Shown: positions 1 through 8,839, counted from the first letter of the stretch. The stretch: 64,000 nt of DNA from Treponema sp. (GCA_031257195.1 JAIRPD010000135.1:714-64713), one strand, 5' to 3'. Notes: a model not told the origin generated them from the sequence alone. Translations and numbers: made by a program.

Positions 1-1
1 A

Positions 2-1123
2 ATCGATCCCGCGCAGTTTGATCAGCTCAACATCCGGGAAAACCTTAAAAAGATCGTCGACATCGAGAACATCAGGACCCGGGGTTTCAACACGGCGATC
101 AACTCGATTACCTCTATCCTTGATACCTCGAAAATGGGTTACCAGTTCATCGAGAACCTCAAGAACGCCCGGGAACTGGTTATCCGGGAATACGAGGACA
201 CCGACGCGGCGAATCTTCCCGACGAGCGCTACCAGGTGCGGATGCGGTACTACGATAACGCCCAGCTTATCGAGGAACGGAAGTGCTACGACATTCAGAT
301 AACGGGCTTTGAGACCGAGGTGCAGCACCTGTGGGACGTGCTGGAGGTGATCTATCAGGGCCGTAAGCCCCCGTTTAGGGTGGCGGATTACGGGGACCTG
401 TCCTCCAAACACAAAAACCGGATCCGTAAGACGATCAAGGCCAAGACCGGGGATCCCCTCTACGAGGATATTTCCAAAGTCTGGGACGAAATCTCTTTTG
501 TCAGGCCCGCGGAGACCGAGGTGGAACGGATGAACCGGACCTACCTTTATGAAAAGAACAAAATCCGCCAGAAGATCATCATCATGCGGGACAGGATGAA
601 GACGATGTACGACTACCAGTACCCCATCGAGCGGCGGGTTATGGAAGACCGGCTGGCCTTCCTGGAGCGGGAGTACACCAAGTTCGACTACATGCTCAAC
701 CCCTACCACATTCAGCCCGGCCTGCTTCTTGACGTGGATATCACCTCGATTAAGCGGAAAAAAGCCACCCTGGACGCCATGGCCAACGTGCTTAACGAAT
801 TCCTCCACGGCGTGTCCAAGGGTTTCCAGGACGCGGCTTTCGCCTCCTTTAGCAGGCGGCGTTCCACGGTGCGGGAAGATATCAGCCAGTCCTTCTCCGA
901 CGGTCCCGGCGGCGACGAGACGAGGGGAGCGGTCCCGGCGGCCAGCGGTCAGGCGTATCTGGACCTGCTGAACGCCGGCGACGGCGTCCCGGCGGCCCTG
1001 GAGGCCCCCAAGCGGACCAGGAGCGCCGGCAGGTCCTCCGGCCGGGCGGGACGGAAAACCGCGGAAGCCAAACCCAAAAAGGCCGCGGGCCGGAAATCAC
1101 GGCGCGGGATGAGGGAAATTTAG
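2..1123 (+). CDS. hypothetical protein, 5'-truncated at the window edge, with a basic K/R/A-rich C-terminal tail
   Basis: The frame of ORF 134..1123 stays open back to nt 2 ([17 protein letters not shown]...), so the gene starts upstream of the window. No family motif recognised. An intrinsic terminator follows. Confidence 0.6.
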   Translation: MDPAQFDQLNIRENLKKIVDIENIRTRGFNTAINSITSILDTSKMGYQFIENLKNARELVIREYEDTDAANLPDERYQVRMRYYDNAQLIEERKCYDIQITGFETEVQHLWDVLEVIYQGRKPPFRVADYGDLSSKHKNRIRKTIKAKTGDPLYEDISKVWDEISFVRPAETEVERMNRTYLYEKNKIRQKIIIMRDRMKTMYDYQYPIERRVMEDRLAFLEREYTKFDYMLNPYHIQPGLLLDVDITSIKRKKATLDAMANVLNEFLHGVSKGFQDAAFASFSRRRSTVREDISQSFSDGPGGDETRGAVPAASGQAYLDLLNAGDGVPAALEAPKRTRSAGRSSGRAGRKTAEAKPKKAAGRKSRRGMREI

Positions 1124-1144
1124 CGGCGGTTTTACGCGTCAAAA

Positions 1145-1171
1145 ACGCCCCCGAAACCGGGGGCGTTTTTT
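1145..1171 (+). terminator. rho-independent terminator
   Basis: Stem ACGCCCCC / GGGGGCGT with loop GAAACC, followed by a T6 run, about 20 nt after the stop at 1123. Confidence 0.75.
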
Positions 1172-1183
1172 CTAGGAGAAGCC

Positions 1184-2227
1184 ATGACAAAGGAGTTCGA
1201 TCGGCTGGGGTTTTTGTCCACCCGGTTTGGCTTTAATACCGCGGTGCGGCATATTGAAAAAACCATCGTTATCATGGACGCCGCCGGGTCAAAGGCCAAT
1301 GTGGCGGACCTGCTTTACCGGGCGGGGGACGAGGAAATGGCCGGTGAGCGGACCGCCCTGGTGTTGAACGTCCTTCTGGTGGACAAGCTGGGGTATAAGG
1401 TCCTTTCCGCCAATCTCCGGTCCGCGGCGGCGGATCTTCCTTCCCTGGCGGGGGAATTCGCCAAGTGGAGGGGGGTGGATCTGGTCGCGGCCTACCACCA
1501 TCCCGAGCTGGGACTCCTGGTGGCTAACCCAAAGGTTTCCGGGGAACTCGCCGCCTTTGGCTCCCTTCGCAGGCGGGAACTCCTGGTGGTTTACGCGGGC
1601 AAGGGAAACAGCCCCGCCGATGGGGACTGCCGGAGGGCGGCGGAATTGGCCGTCGCCCTCTTTGAGGGGACGCGCGTCAAAGTCCCCCCCGCGCTGTTGC
1701 GGGGTCCCTTTACGGTCCGGCCCCCCAAACCGGGGATGGTCCCCCGGACGGCGGGGGGCGCCAAGCCGCCCCGGCCGACGGTTTCCGCCGGAAGGGGCCG
1801 GAAACCCGGTTCCCGGGGAACGCCGCCGCCCGTTGTCCGGCGGGCGGCCCCGCCGGTGGTTACCGCCGCCCCCGCCGCCGCGGTCCCCGCGGGGCCGGTA
1901 AAGATGACCCCCCGTTACGCCGTGGTGGTGCAGAACGAGCTGTTCCACAATGGAAACGTGGAGGCCTGGAAACGGATTGTGGCGAGTTACAACGCCAGGT
2001 ATCCCGAACTTCAAGTGTACATCTACTATGACGGGGAACGGATTCTGGATATTAACGCCCTGTTTAAATGGGGAAAGGTTAAGCACGGCAGCGCCATTGA
2101 ATTCGCCGTGGCGGGGAGTGAAATCAAAGACGTGGCGAAACTCCAGCGTTACCTTGCCCAGGGGGCGGGCCGTCAGTTCGAGGATTTTCTTCAGGGGCCG
2201 GTCTCCAGCGCGCTTAAGTTGTTTTAG
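1184..2227 (+). CDS. hypothetical two-domain protein with a Pro/Arg/Ala-rich linker
   Basis: 347-aa ORF. N-terminal domain of ~170 aa, linker PPKPGMVPRTAGGAKPPRPT...PPPVVRRAAPPVVTAAPAAAVPAGP, C-terminal domain of ~110 aa. GGAGAAG lies upstream of the ATG. The ORF ends 20 nt before the PPDK-like gene. Confidence 0.6.
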   Translation: MTKEFDRLGFLSTRFGFNTAVRHIEKTIVIMDAAGSKANVADLLYRAGDEEMAGERTALVLNVLLVDKLGYKVLSANLRSAAADLPSLAGEFAKWRGVDLVAAYHHPELGLLVANPKVSGELAAFGSLRRRELLVVYAGKGNSPADGDCRRAAELAVALFEGTRVKVPPALLRGPFTVRPPKPGMVPRTAGGAKPPRPTVSAGRGRKPGSRGTPPPVVRRAAPPVVTAAPAAAVPAGPVKMTPRYAVVVQNELFHNGNVEAWKRIVASYNARYPELQVYIYYDGERILDINALFKWGKVKHGSAIEFAVAGSEIKDVAKLQRYLAQGAGRQFEDFLQGPVSSALKLF

Positions 2228-2247
2228 GCTGATAACAAGGAAAAACC

Positions 2248-4920
2248 ATGGACAAGCGGATACATTTTTTTAGCCAGCGGGACCTTATCCCCCGGCATGT
2301 CGCCCCGGAATTGCTGGGTATCCGGGGCCGTCAGGCCAATGAATTCGCGGAACTCGCCTTTCCCATCCTGCCGGGAATTATCATTGATTCCCGCCTGGCC
2401 TCGAGGATCGATCCCCGGGAAATCAAAAAAGACGCGCTGGCCCAACTGGAAAAGATCGCCGCCATCATGGGCAAACGGTTTGGGGACCCGGAAAACCCGC
2501 TGTTTCTTAAGGTGGTTATTTCCCCCAACCTGGCGGTTTCCACCTATCCCCCCCTGCACAACTTCGGCCTGGTAAAGTCCGTCCTCAAGGGCTTTGTTCA
2601 ATGGGCGGGAAAGGACTTTGTTGTCCGCGAGGCGCTCTTCCTTATCCGGGGGATGCTTAAAATTGAGGAGCGCCTGAGGGAATTGGAGGCCAAAGCCGGG
2701 GAACGGGAAGAAATCGCCGCCCAGCTAAAGGTCCTGGAAGGGGCCCTGGGTATGGGGGAGCCCTCCCAGGGGCCGGGTAAAAAAGAAGAGTCCCCCGCCA
2801 TCAAGGGATCCGCCGAATTTTATATGGATTTTTACGCGAAGTACCTGCCCCCGGGTTTCTTTGAGGACGCCGAGGCCCAGCTTTTCGCCGCGCTAACCGA
2901 AATTTCCCGGATGTTTCAGATAGACGACCGGAACGATAACGATACCGCCCTGATAATCAGCCCCATGGTTTACGGCAACTACGGCGAAAATTCCCGCTCC
3001 GGCGTTTACTTTAGCCGGAACCCCGTCTCGGGTGAAAAGGTCCTATGGGGAAGCTTTTACCGGGGGGACTTTAACGCCGGGGATGCCTCCGGCCAGCCCA
3101 TCGGGAAGATCGGCGCGGCCTACCTGGGGGAGCTTCAACGTATCGCCTGGGCCCTGGAGGACAAATTCAGGGAGATTCGCCAAATCCGCTTTACCATCGA
3201 GAACGGCAAACTCTGGCTCATTGAGCAGCGCCCGGCGGAACAGAAATCCATCCAGGCGGACATTAAACTCCTGCTGGATCTGGTAAAGCGGAAGATCATC
3301 AGCGGGGCGGAGGCGGTTAAGGCTGTCGATCCTTCCCGGCTTAACGATATCCTCCATCCGGTGATCGATCCTTCCAGCGTCAAGGGGTTTAAGCGGTGGA
3401 GGGGAGGGCTCGCCGGCGCCCCCGGCGCGGCCATCGGCAGGGCCTATTTTAGTACCGGGGCTTTACTGGAAGCCCTCAGGCTCGCCCAGCAGAAGGGGGA
3501 GGATCCCCGGTTCATCCTGATCCTGGAATCCTCTTTCGCCGAGGACGTAAAGGCCATTGAGGTCAGCGCCGGGGTCCTTACCGTCCAGGGGGGCTATTCC
3601 GCCCACGCCTCGGTGGTGGCCCGGCAGTACGGCAAGGTGTCGCTGGTGGCCCGGGAAATGTCCATTAAGGGAAAAAGAGCCTTCCTGCCCGGCGGTTTAA
3701 GCTTTAAGGAGGGGGACAGCGTTACCCTGAACGCGCCCTTCTATGGGCAATCCCAGATTTTCCTGGGGGAGGCCAGGCTTATTGAGCCGGACCCGAAAGA
3801 ATCGGGCCTGATGGATTTTATCGCCCTGTCCAGGGGGTTTATCAAAACGTTCCAGGTTCGCTGTAACGCCGACACCCCCCGGGACGCCGCCCTGGGTCTA
3901 AGCTTTGGCGCCGGGGGAATCGGCCTTTGCCGGACGGAGCACATGTTCTTCCAGGCGGAGCGGATCAACCTTTTCCGGGAAATGCTCTTCGCCGCGAATT
4001 CCAGGGACCGGGCCGCCGCCCTGGCCAAGCTTCAGGTAACGCAGCGAAATGATTTTTACCAGATCCTCAAGATAATGGCCGGCAAAGAGGTAACCATCAG
4101 GCTTTTGGATTCGCCCCTCCACGAGTTTATGCCCCATACCGAGGACGAAATCCGGCTTTTCATGGACCACCTGCGAAACGCCCGGGGGCGCGCGGTTTCC
4201 AGGGGGGAGGTAACCGCCGCCATAGAAGCCCTCCATGAATTTAACCCCATGCTGGGCCGCCGGGGCTGCCGGGTCGCCGTTTCCTATCCGGAGATCTACG
4301 CCATGCAGATTAGGGCCGTTTTTGAGGCGGCCTACAGGCTGCGGGCGGAAAAAATCGACGCCCGGCCGGAGATCATGGTCCCCATTGTGATGAACGCCTC
4401 GGAACTCAAGCTTATCGCCTACGGCAAGAAGATCGAGGGTTCCAGCTATCCCGGGGTGGTGGATATTGAGGAGGAGCTGCGGGCCCGGAAAAAGGTGAAA
4501 CCCCTGGAATACCGGATTGGCGCGATGATCGAGCTGCCCGCCGCGGCCCTGGGGGCGGGGGAAATCGCCAAGTACGGCCGCTTTTTCAGCTTCGGCACCA
4601 ACGACCTAACCCAGACAACTCTGGGAATCTCCCGGGACGATTTTACCGCGTTTATGCCGGACTATACCCGCTTTGACCTCTTCCAGGGAAACCCCTTCAG
4701 CGTCCTGGACCCCAGGGTCAAGGAGTTGATCGTCCTGGCCGTGGAACGGGGCCGGCTGACCAGGCCGGACCTGGTCTGCGGCCTGTGCGGGGAACACGGG
4801 GCCAACCCGGAGGACACGCGGTTCTGCGTGGACGCGGGACTCGACTATGTGTCCTGTTCCCCCTATTCGGTGCCCATCGCCCTCCTGGCGGCGGCCCAGG
4901 CGGAACTGGACCGGGCTTAG
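2248..4920 (+). CDS. ppdK: pyruvate,phosphate dikinase-like PEP-utilising enzyme with a divergent N-terminal domain
   Basis: 890 aa. C-terminal motifs: GLCRTEHMFF, RLLDSPLHEFMP, NPMLGRRGCR, FSFGTNDLTQ, CGEHGANP, YVSCSPYSVPIA. Central phospho-His motif GGYSAHASVVARQYGK. The N-terminal ATP-grasp signatures are degenerate. Confidence 0.8.
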   Translation: MDKRIHFFSQRDLIPRHVAPELLGIRGRQANEFAELAFPILPGIIIDSRLASRIDPREIKKDALAQLEKIAAIMGKRFGDPENPLFLKVVISPNLAVSTYPPLHNFGLVKSVLKGFVQWAGKDFVVREALFLIRGMLKIEERLRELEAKAGEREEIAAQLKVLEGALGMGEPSQGPGKKEESPAIKGSAEFYMDFYAKYLPPGFFEDAEAQLFAALTEISRMFQIDDRNDNDTALIISPMVYGNYGENSRSGVYFSRNPVSGEKVLWGSFYRGDFNAGDASGQPIGKIGAAYLGELQRIAWALEDKFREIRQIRFTIENGKLWLIEQRPAEQKSIQADIKLLLDLVKRKIISGAEAVKAVDPSRLNDILHPVIDPSSVKGFKRWRGGLAGAPGAAIGRAYFSTGALLEALRLAQQKGEDPRFILILESSFAEDVKAIEVSAGVLTVQGGYSAHASVVARQYGKVSLVAREMSIKGKRAFLPGGLSFKEGDSVTLNAPFYGQSQIFLGEARLIEPDPKESGLMDFIALSRGFIKTFQVRCNADTPRDAALGLSFGAGGIGLCRTEHMFFQAERINLFREMLFAANSRDRAAALAKLQVTQRNDFYQILKIMAGKEVTIRLLDSPLHEFMPHTEDEIRLFMDHLRNARGRAVSRGEVTAAIEALHEFNPMLGRRGCRVAVSYPEIYAMQIRAVFEAAYRLRAEKIDARPEIMVPIVMNASELKLIAYGKKIEGSSYPGVVDIEEELRARKKVKPLEYRIGAMIELPAAALGAGEIAKYGRFFSFGTNDLTQTTLGISRDDFTAFMPDYTRFDLFQGNPFSVLDPRVKELIVLAVERGRLTRPDLVCGLCGEHGANPEDTRFCVDAGLDYVSCSPYSVPIALLAAAQAELDRA

Positions 4921-5522
4921 GAGTAGTCGTACTGGCCCCGGAAATCCATCGTGTTTTTTACCGTACCGGTGATCTCCAGGGCGCTCTTTCTGGCGTCGGT
5001 CATGGGCAGTCCCGCGTCGTTGGCCAGGGACTGGACAAAAAATTTGGCCAGGGTTTCGTAAATATCCGGCAGGTTGTAAAAGACAAAGGAAATATTGCAG
5101 CCCCTGGGCCGGGAGACGGTAAACGAGGAAAGGGACTCGATGGGGTTTTTGGCGTAATAAACGGTGGACTGGTTTTTCGCCATGATCTTGTTTACCTCCC
5201 TGAACCGCAGGGGAATGAGGTCCGCCTTTTCCCTCAGGTAAGGCTCAATACCCTTGTGGGGGTAGGAGGCGGGCTCAATAAGGGCGTGGAGTTTTTTTCC
5301 CTGGGACTGAAAGGTAAGCCCCTCTCCCTCCGGGTAGATTACCTTAACCCCGGAATAGGAAATAACCTCGTAAATAGCGTACCCCGTGTTGGCGTTGATA
5401 AACGAGGAGACTATATACCCCTGGTCTTTTGGCAGCCGGTTGCTGGTATAGGCCTCGAAAAGGTTCATTACCCTGAGCGCGGGCGCCGCCGCGGGGTTTT
5501 TGACCGCCGCTTTTTTCGCCAT
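4917..5522 (-). CDS. hypothetical protein (201 aa)
   Basis: Clean ORF with AAGGGGGAAAC before the ATG. No signal peptide or known motif. Its stop overlaps the ppdK-like stop by 4 nt (convergent). Confidence 0.55.
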   Translation of the reverse strand: MAKKAAVKNPAAAPALRVMNLFEAYTSNRLPKDQGYIVSSFINANTGYAIYEVISYSGVKVIYPEGEGLTFQSQGKKLHALIEPASYPHKGIEPYLREKADLIPLRFREVNKIMAKNQSTVYYAKNPIESLSSFTVSRPRGCNISFVFYNLPDIYETLAKFFVQSLANDAGLPMTDARKSALEITGTVKNTMDFRGQYDYS

Positions 5523-5657
5523 GTTTCCCCCTTACCCTTGTGAAAGGGCGTTCTTTATTCGAAAGTCCGGTTTAATGCCCCGCGGCTTGCCGCGGCCGGC
5601 AACAAGCAAAACCAACAAAAGATGGCGGTAAACCAGACGGTATAATCAACTTCCTAT

Positions 5658-5744
5658 CGGATGAGCCTCCGCGGCGGTATAACGCGACGCTAAAGATACC
5701 GCGCTGGATCGAAGGTCCGCGCTTGCCCCGCGGAAGCTCATCCG
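5658..5744. other. candidate structured RNA or small palindromic element (three-way junction)
   Basis: P1: 5658-5666 CGGATGAGC pairs with 5736-5744 GCTCATCCG, and 5669-5674 CCGCGG pairs with 5728-5733 CCGCGG. P2: 5675-5680 CGGTAT pairs with 5696-5701 ATACCG. P3: 5702-5708 pairs with 5716-5721, 6 bp with one bulge. TATAAT at 5641-5646 on the plus strand. Confidence 0.3.
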
Positions 5745-6016
5745 GCGGTTCCGTTCTCCACCCTATCGGTTTTCCGCTTACGGCGCCGTATCATGGTGCT
5801 TAAATGGTAAGCCGCCATAAGGAGCGTGAAAGCGAAGGACGCGATGGAAAAGGTAAGCAACAAATAGGGGTTGAGGTACGCGGCGGGCAAAAAGGGAAGA
5901 ATACCCAGCGCCAGGAGGAAAACATTGATGGAACTTACCGCGTAAATGATGATGATGACAAAAATAATCTGCGAGGCGACGGTATGGGTAGTACGTTTTA
6001 ACTCATTTTCGTTCAT
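5738..6016 (-). CDS. small integral membrane protein (~92 aa, 2-3 TM segments)
   Basis: Hydrophobic stretches IIFVIIIIYAVSSINVFLLALGILPFL and LLLTFSIASFAFTLLMAAY. I prefer the internal ATG at 6016 (MNENELK) because AAAGGAG lies 8 nt upstream. The ORF-track start at 6040 has no SD. Confidence 0.5.
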   Translation of the reverse strand: MNENELKRTTHTVASQIIFVIIIIYAVSSINVFLLALGILPFLPAAYLNPYLLLTFSIASFAFTLLMAAYHLSTMIRRRKRKTDRVENGTAG

Positions 6017-6172
6017 TACAACCACTCCTTTAAAAATCATTGGCCGCCGGCTCCCCGCTGGGGGATCCGGTATACTGTTAGTATACGCGGGAACGGCGGC
6101 TCTGTCTAGTGCCCTTGTCGCTTTTTGGCGCCAGGTATCCCTCCGTCCCGCGGGGTTTGAGACGATCCCCGG

Positions 6173-7282
6173 TCATTCCCCCCGGTTAAACAACGTGGGG
6201 GTTTTTAAATAGAGTTCGGCGTTAAAATCCCGCAGCAGCTTGGCCATGGAACTGTTGGTGGCGATGGTCCTGATCACCTTGGCGGAAAGCTCCGCCGAGG
6301 GGACCACCTCCAACTGGGGAATGTCCTCCACCCCCTCGCAGCAGACCGTGTCGGTAACGATGATGTGGTTTAGCCAGCCCTGGGAAGAGAGTCGTTTTAA
6401 CCGTTCCGCCGCGGGGGGGGAAAAGACCGGATGCACGGCCATCAAATTGATCTCCGCGGGTTTAAGGGGGATTAGGGCGTGGATCAGGGTTTCGATGGAC
6501 CCCGCGGTGTCCACCATGTCGTCCACCACCCAAAGGACCTTTCCCTCCACGGGTTGGGAAGAGAGGATGTCCACGCACTCCACGGCGTTTTGCCGGGAAT
6601 AATCCCGTTGTTTGTGGGCCACCACAAGCTGAACCCCAAAGGAATGGGAAAAGTTCCGGGCCAGCTTTTCCCCCCCCGCGTCCACGGAACAAAAGGCCCA
6701 CCGGTTCCTTACCTGGTCCCGCAGGGTATCTATGTTCCTGATGTACACATCGCAGAGCCGCTGTTTTAAGAGGGTCAGGGCGGGAATGTCGTCCATCACC
6801 GCCCGGGCGGGATCTATCATGGACTTGGACTTATCCGAATGGAGCTGGTACGTTACCGTGTGCCGGGCCCCCAGACTGGAAAGGACCTTGAGGTGTACCC
6901 ACAGGCCCACGGAACTGCGCCGGGTGGTCCGGTCCGACCGGGAACAGGACATATAGGGCTCAAAGATGATCAGCCGTTCCGCCTGGGCCCGCTTGAGGGC
7001 GTCCACCGCGTGATAAAGCTCGATTTTCGCCTCGTCCACCCCCAGGCCCGCCTCATTCCGGGCGCAACAGGCGAAGATAAACACGTCCTTCCCCCGAATG
7101 GACGAGTCCACCACCACTTCCTTTTCCCCGTCGGCGAAACAGTCGGTCTTAAGGAGGCCGACGCCGTTAATTTTACCGGCGAAAGAGGCAAAGCTCGAAA
7201 ACTTTGTCACGTATTCCGCCACTTTGGAGGCGTAGGACTCCATGGTTTTGGTGGCGGTAATGACAAATTCCCTCATGATCAC
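6173..7282 (-). CDS. prs: ribose-phosphate pyrophosphokinase family protein (divergent Prs-like)
   Basis: Two-PRT-domain layout. PRPP-binding loop VLWVVDDMVDTAGS. DGEKEVVV..IRGKDVFIF resembles Prs FSDGE..VRG.DVFI. The classic YARQDRR and DLH motifs are altered (YMSCSRSDRT, QLH). Confidence 0.7.
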   Translation of the reverse strand: MIMREFVITATKTMESYASKVAEYVTKFSSFASFAGKINGVGLLKTDCFADGEKEVVVDSSIRGKDVFIFACCARNEAGLGVDEAKIELYHAVDALKRAQAERLIIFEPYMSCSRSDRTTRRSSVGLWVHLKVLSSLGARHTVTYQLHSDKSKSMIDPARAVMDDIPALTLLKQRLCDVYIRNIDTLRDQVRNRWAFCSVDAGGEKLARNFSHSFGVQLVVAHKQRDYSRQNAVECVDILSSQPVEGKVLWVVDDMVDTAGSIETLIHALIPLKPAEINLMAVHPVFSPPAAERLKRLSSQGWLNHIIVTDTVCCEGVEDIPQLEVVPSAELSAKVIRTIATNSSMAKLLRDFNAELYLKTPTLFNRGE

Positions 7283-7429
7283 CCCCGATTACAGTTACTA
7301 TACCACAGGGGAGGGGGCGGGACAAGTCTGGGACGCGGTTCACTTTTTTTTCAAAATATGCTATTTTTGTCCCGTTGACTAAAGCGATAAACCATTTGTT
7401 GCCATAGAGGATACAAAGGGAGGGAAAGG

Positions 7430-8839
7430 ATGGCAAAGATGAACGACACCGAAAAAACAAAAGGCCAGGACAGGTCCGGTACGCCGCTGGGCTCGCTGGA
7501 GGAGAAAAAAAAGGCCCTGGAGGCGGCCCGGCTTCAAATTGAGAAGCAGTACGGTTCCGGCTCCCTGATGCAGCTGGGAAACCACAGCGCCGCGGCGGGA
7601 ATCGAGGTAATACCTTCCGGTTCTATTCTGCTGGATGAGGCGCTGGGTATTGGGGGCTATCCCCGGGGCCGGATCATCGAGATCTTCGGTCCCGAATCGG
7701 GGGGGAAGACCACGCTGGCCCTTCACGCCATCGCCGAGGCCCAAAAACTGGGGGGGATCGCCGCCTTTGTGGACGCCGAACACGCCCTGGACCCGGCGTA
7801 CGCCAAAAACCTGGGGGTAAATATCGAGGAGCTGTGGGTCTCCCAGCCCGATACGGGGGAACAGGCCCTGGAAATCGCCGAAAGCCTGGTTCGTTCCGGG
7901 GCGGTGGACGTGATCGTGGTGGACTCCGTGGCGGCCCTGACCCCCCAGGCGGAAATAGACGGCGACATGGGGGACGCTCAGATGGGCCTGCAGGCCCGGC
8001 TGATGAGCCAGGCCATGCGGAAACTCACGGCGATCATCGGCAAATCCCGGACCCTGCTTATCTTTATCAACCAGATCCGGATGAAAATAGGGGTGATGTT
8101 TGGTAACCCGGAAACCACCACCGGGGGCAACGCCCTCAAGTTCTACTCCTCGGTACGGCTGGAGGTCCGCCGGGTGGAAACCATCGAGGCGGGGAAAGAT
8201 TCGGACGCCGTGGGTAACCGGATCCGGGTTAAGGTGGTAAAGAACAAAGTGGCCCCCCCCTTTAGAAAGGCGGAGATGGAAATTATCTTTGGCAAGGGGG
8301 TTTCCGCCATTGGAAGCCTCCTGGACGCGGCGGTCAAGTACGAAATCATCGACAAAAAGGGCGCCTGGTACGCCTACGGGGAAGAAAAAGTGGGCCAGGG
8401 CCGGGACAACGCCAAGCAATACCTGGAGGAACACCCCGAGTTTACCGGGGATTTGGAAACGAGGATCCGCAAACTCATGTTCCCCGGCCGAAACCCGCCC
8501 CAGGCGGCCCCGGTCCAGCGGAACGCCGCCCCGGCCGCCCCAGGCGGTTCCCCGGAGGGTCCTCCGGGGAATCAGGCGGGCGGGCGGGCGCCGGACAAAC
8601 AGGACGCCGCGCCGGAGACCGGGGCGATCCCGATGGCGAGGGCGGCGGGGCTCAATCCGGCGGCGCCCGCGGGGATGTCTCTCCCCAGGAGCGGAACGGC
8701 GCCGGGCATGGCGGCGGCGGCTCTCCAGGGCGGGGGAGGGGCGGGGGAAGCGGTTCCCCACCGGGGGCCGGGGCGGCCCAAAAAACAGAGCGCGGATCTG
8801 GAAATAGCGGAAAATACCGGGGGGGAAGATCTCTTCTAG
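7430..8839 (+). CDS. recA: recombinase RecA with a long low-complexity C-terminal extension
   Basis: Walker [10 protein letters not shown], plus [61 protein letters not shown] precedes the ATG. 469 aa, against ~350 for typical RecA. Confidence 0.97.
   Translation: MAKMNDTEKTKGQDRSGTPLGSLEEKKKALEAARLQIEKQYGSGSLMQLGNHSAAAGIEVIPSGSILLDEALGIGGYPRGRIIEIFGPESGGKTTLALHAIAEAQKLGGIAAFVDAEHALDPAYAKNLGVNIEELWVSQPDTGEQALEIAESLVRSGAVDVIVVDSVAALTPQAEIDGDMGDAQMGLQARLMSQAMRKLTAIIGKSRTLLIFINQIRMKIGVMFGNPETTTGGNALKFYSSVRLEVRRVETIEAGKDSDAVGNRIRVKVVKNKVAPPFRKAEMEIIFGKGVSAIGSLLDAAVKYEIIDKKGAWYAYGEEKVGQGRDNAKQYLEEHPEFTGDLETRIRKLMFPGRNPPQAAPVQRNAAPAAPGGSPEGPPGNQAGGRAPDKQDAAPETGAIPMARAAGLNPAAPAGMSLPRSGTAPGMAAAALQGGGGAGEAVPHRGPGRPKKQSADLEIAENTGGEDLF

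Noticed and set aside
5598-5615. Sigma-54-like TTGG-N-TTGC motif on the minus strand upstream of the 201-aa gene
   Set aside because: The GG-to-GC spacing is one nucleotide too long (13 instead of 12), and the flanks do not match TGGCAC/TTGCW. Sigma-54 promoters do not tolerate spacing changes.
5658-5666. GGATGAG resembling the hammerhead CUGAUGA core
   Set aside because: The essential U4 is a G. The sequence is fully base-paired inside P1 rather than sitting in a junction, and there is no GAAA / cleavage-site arrangement.
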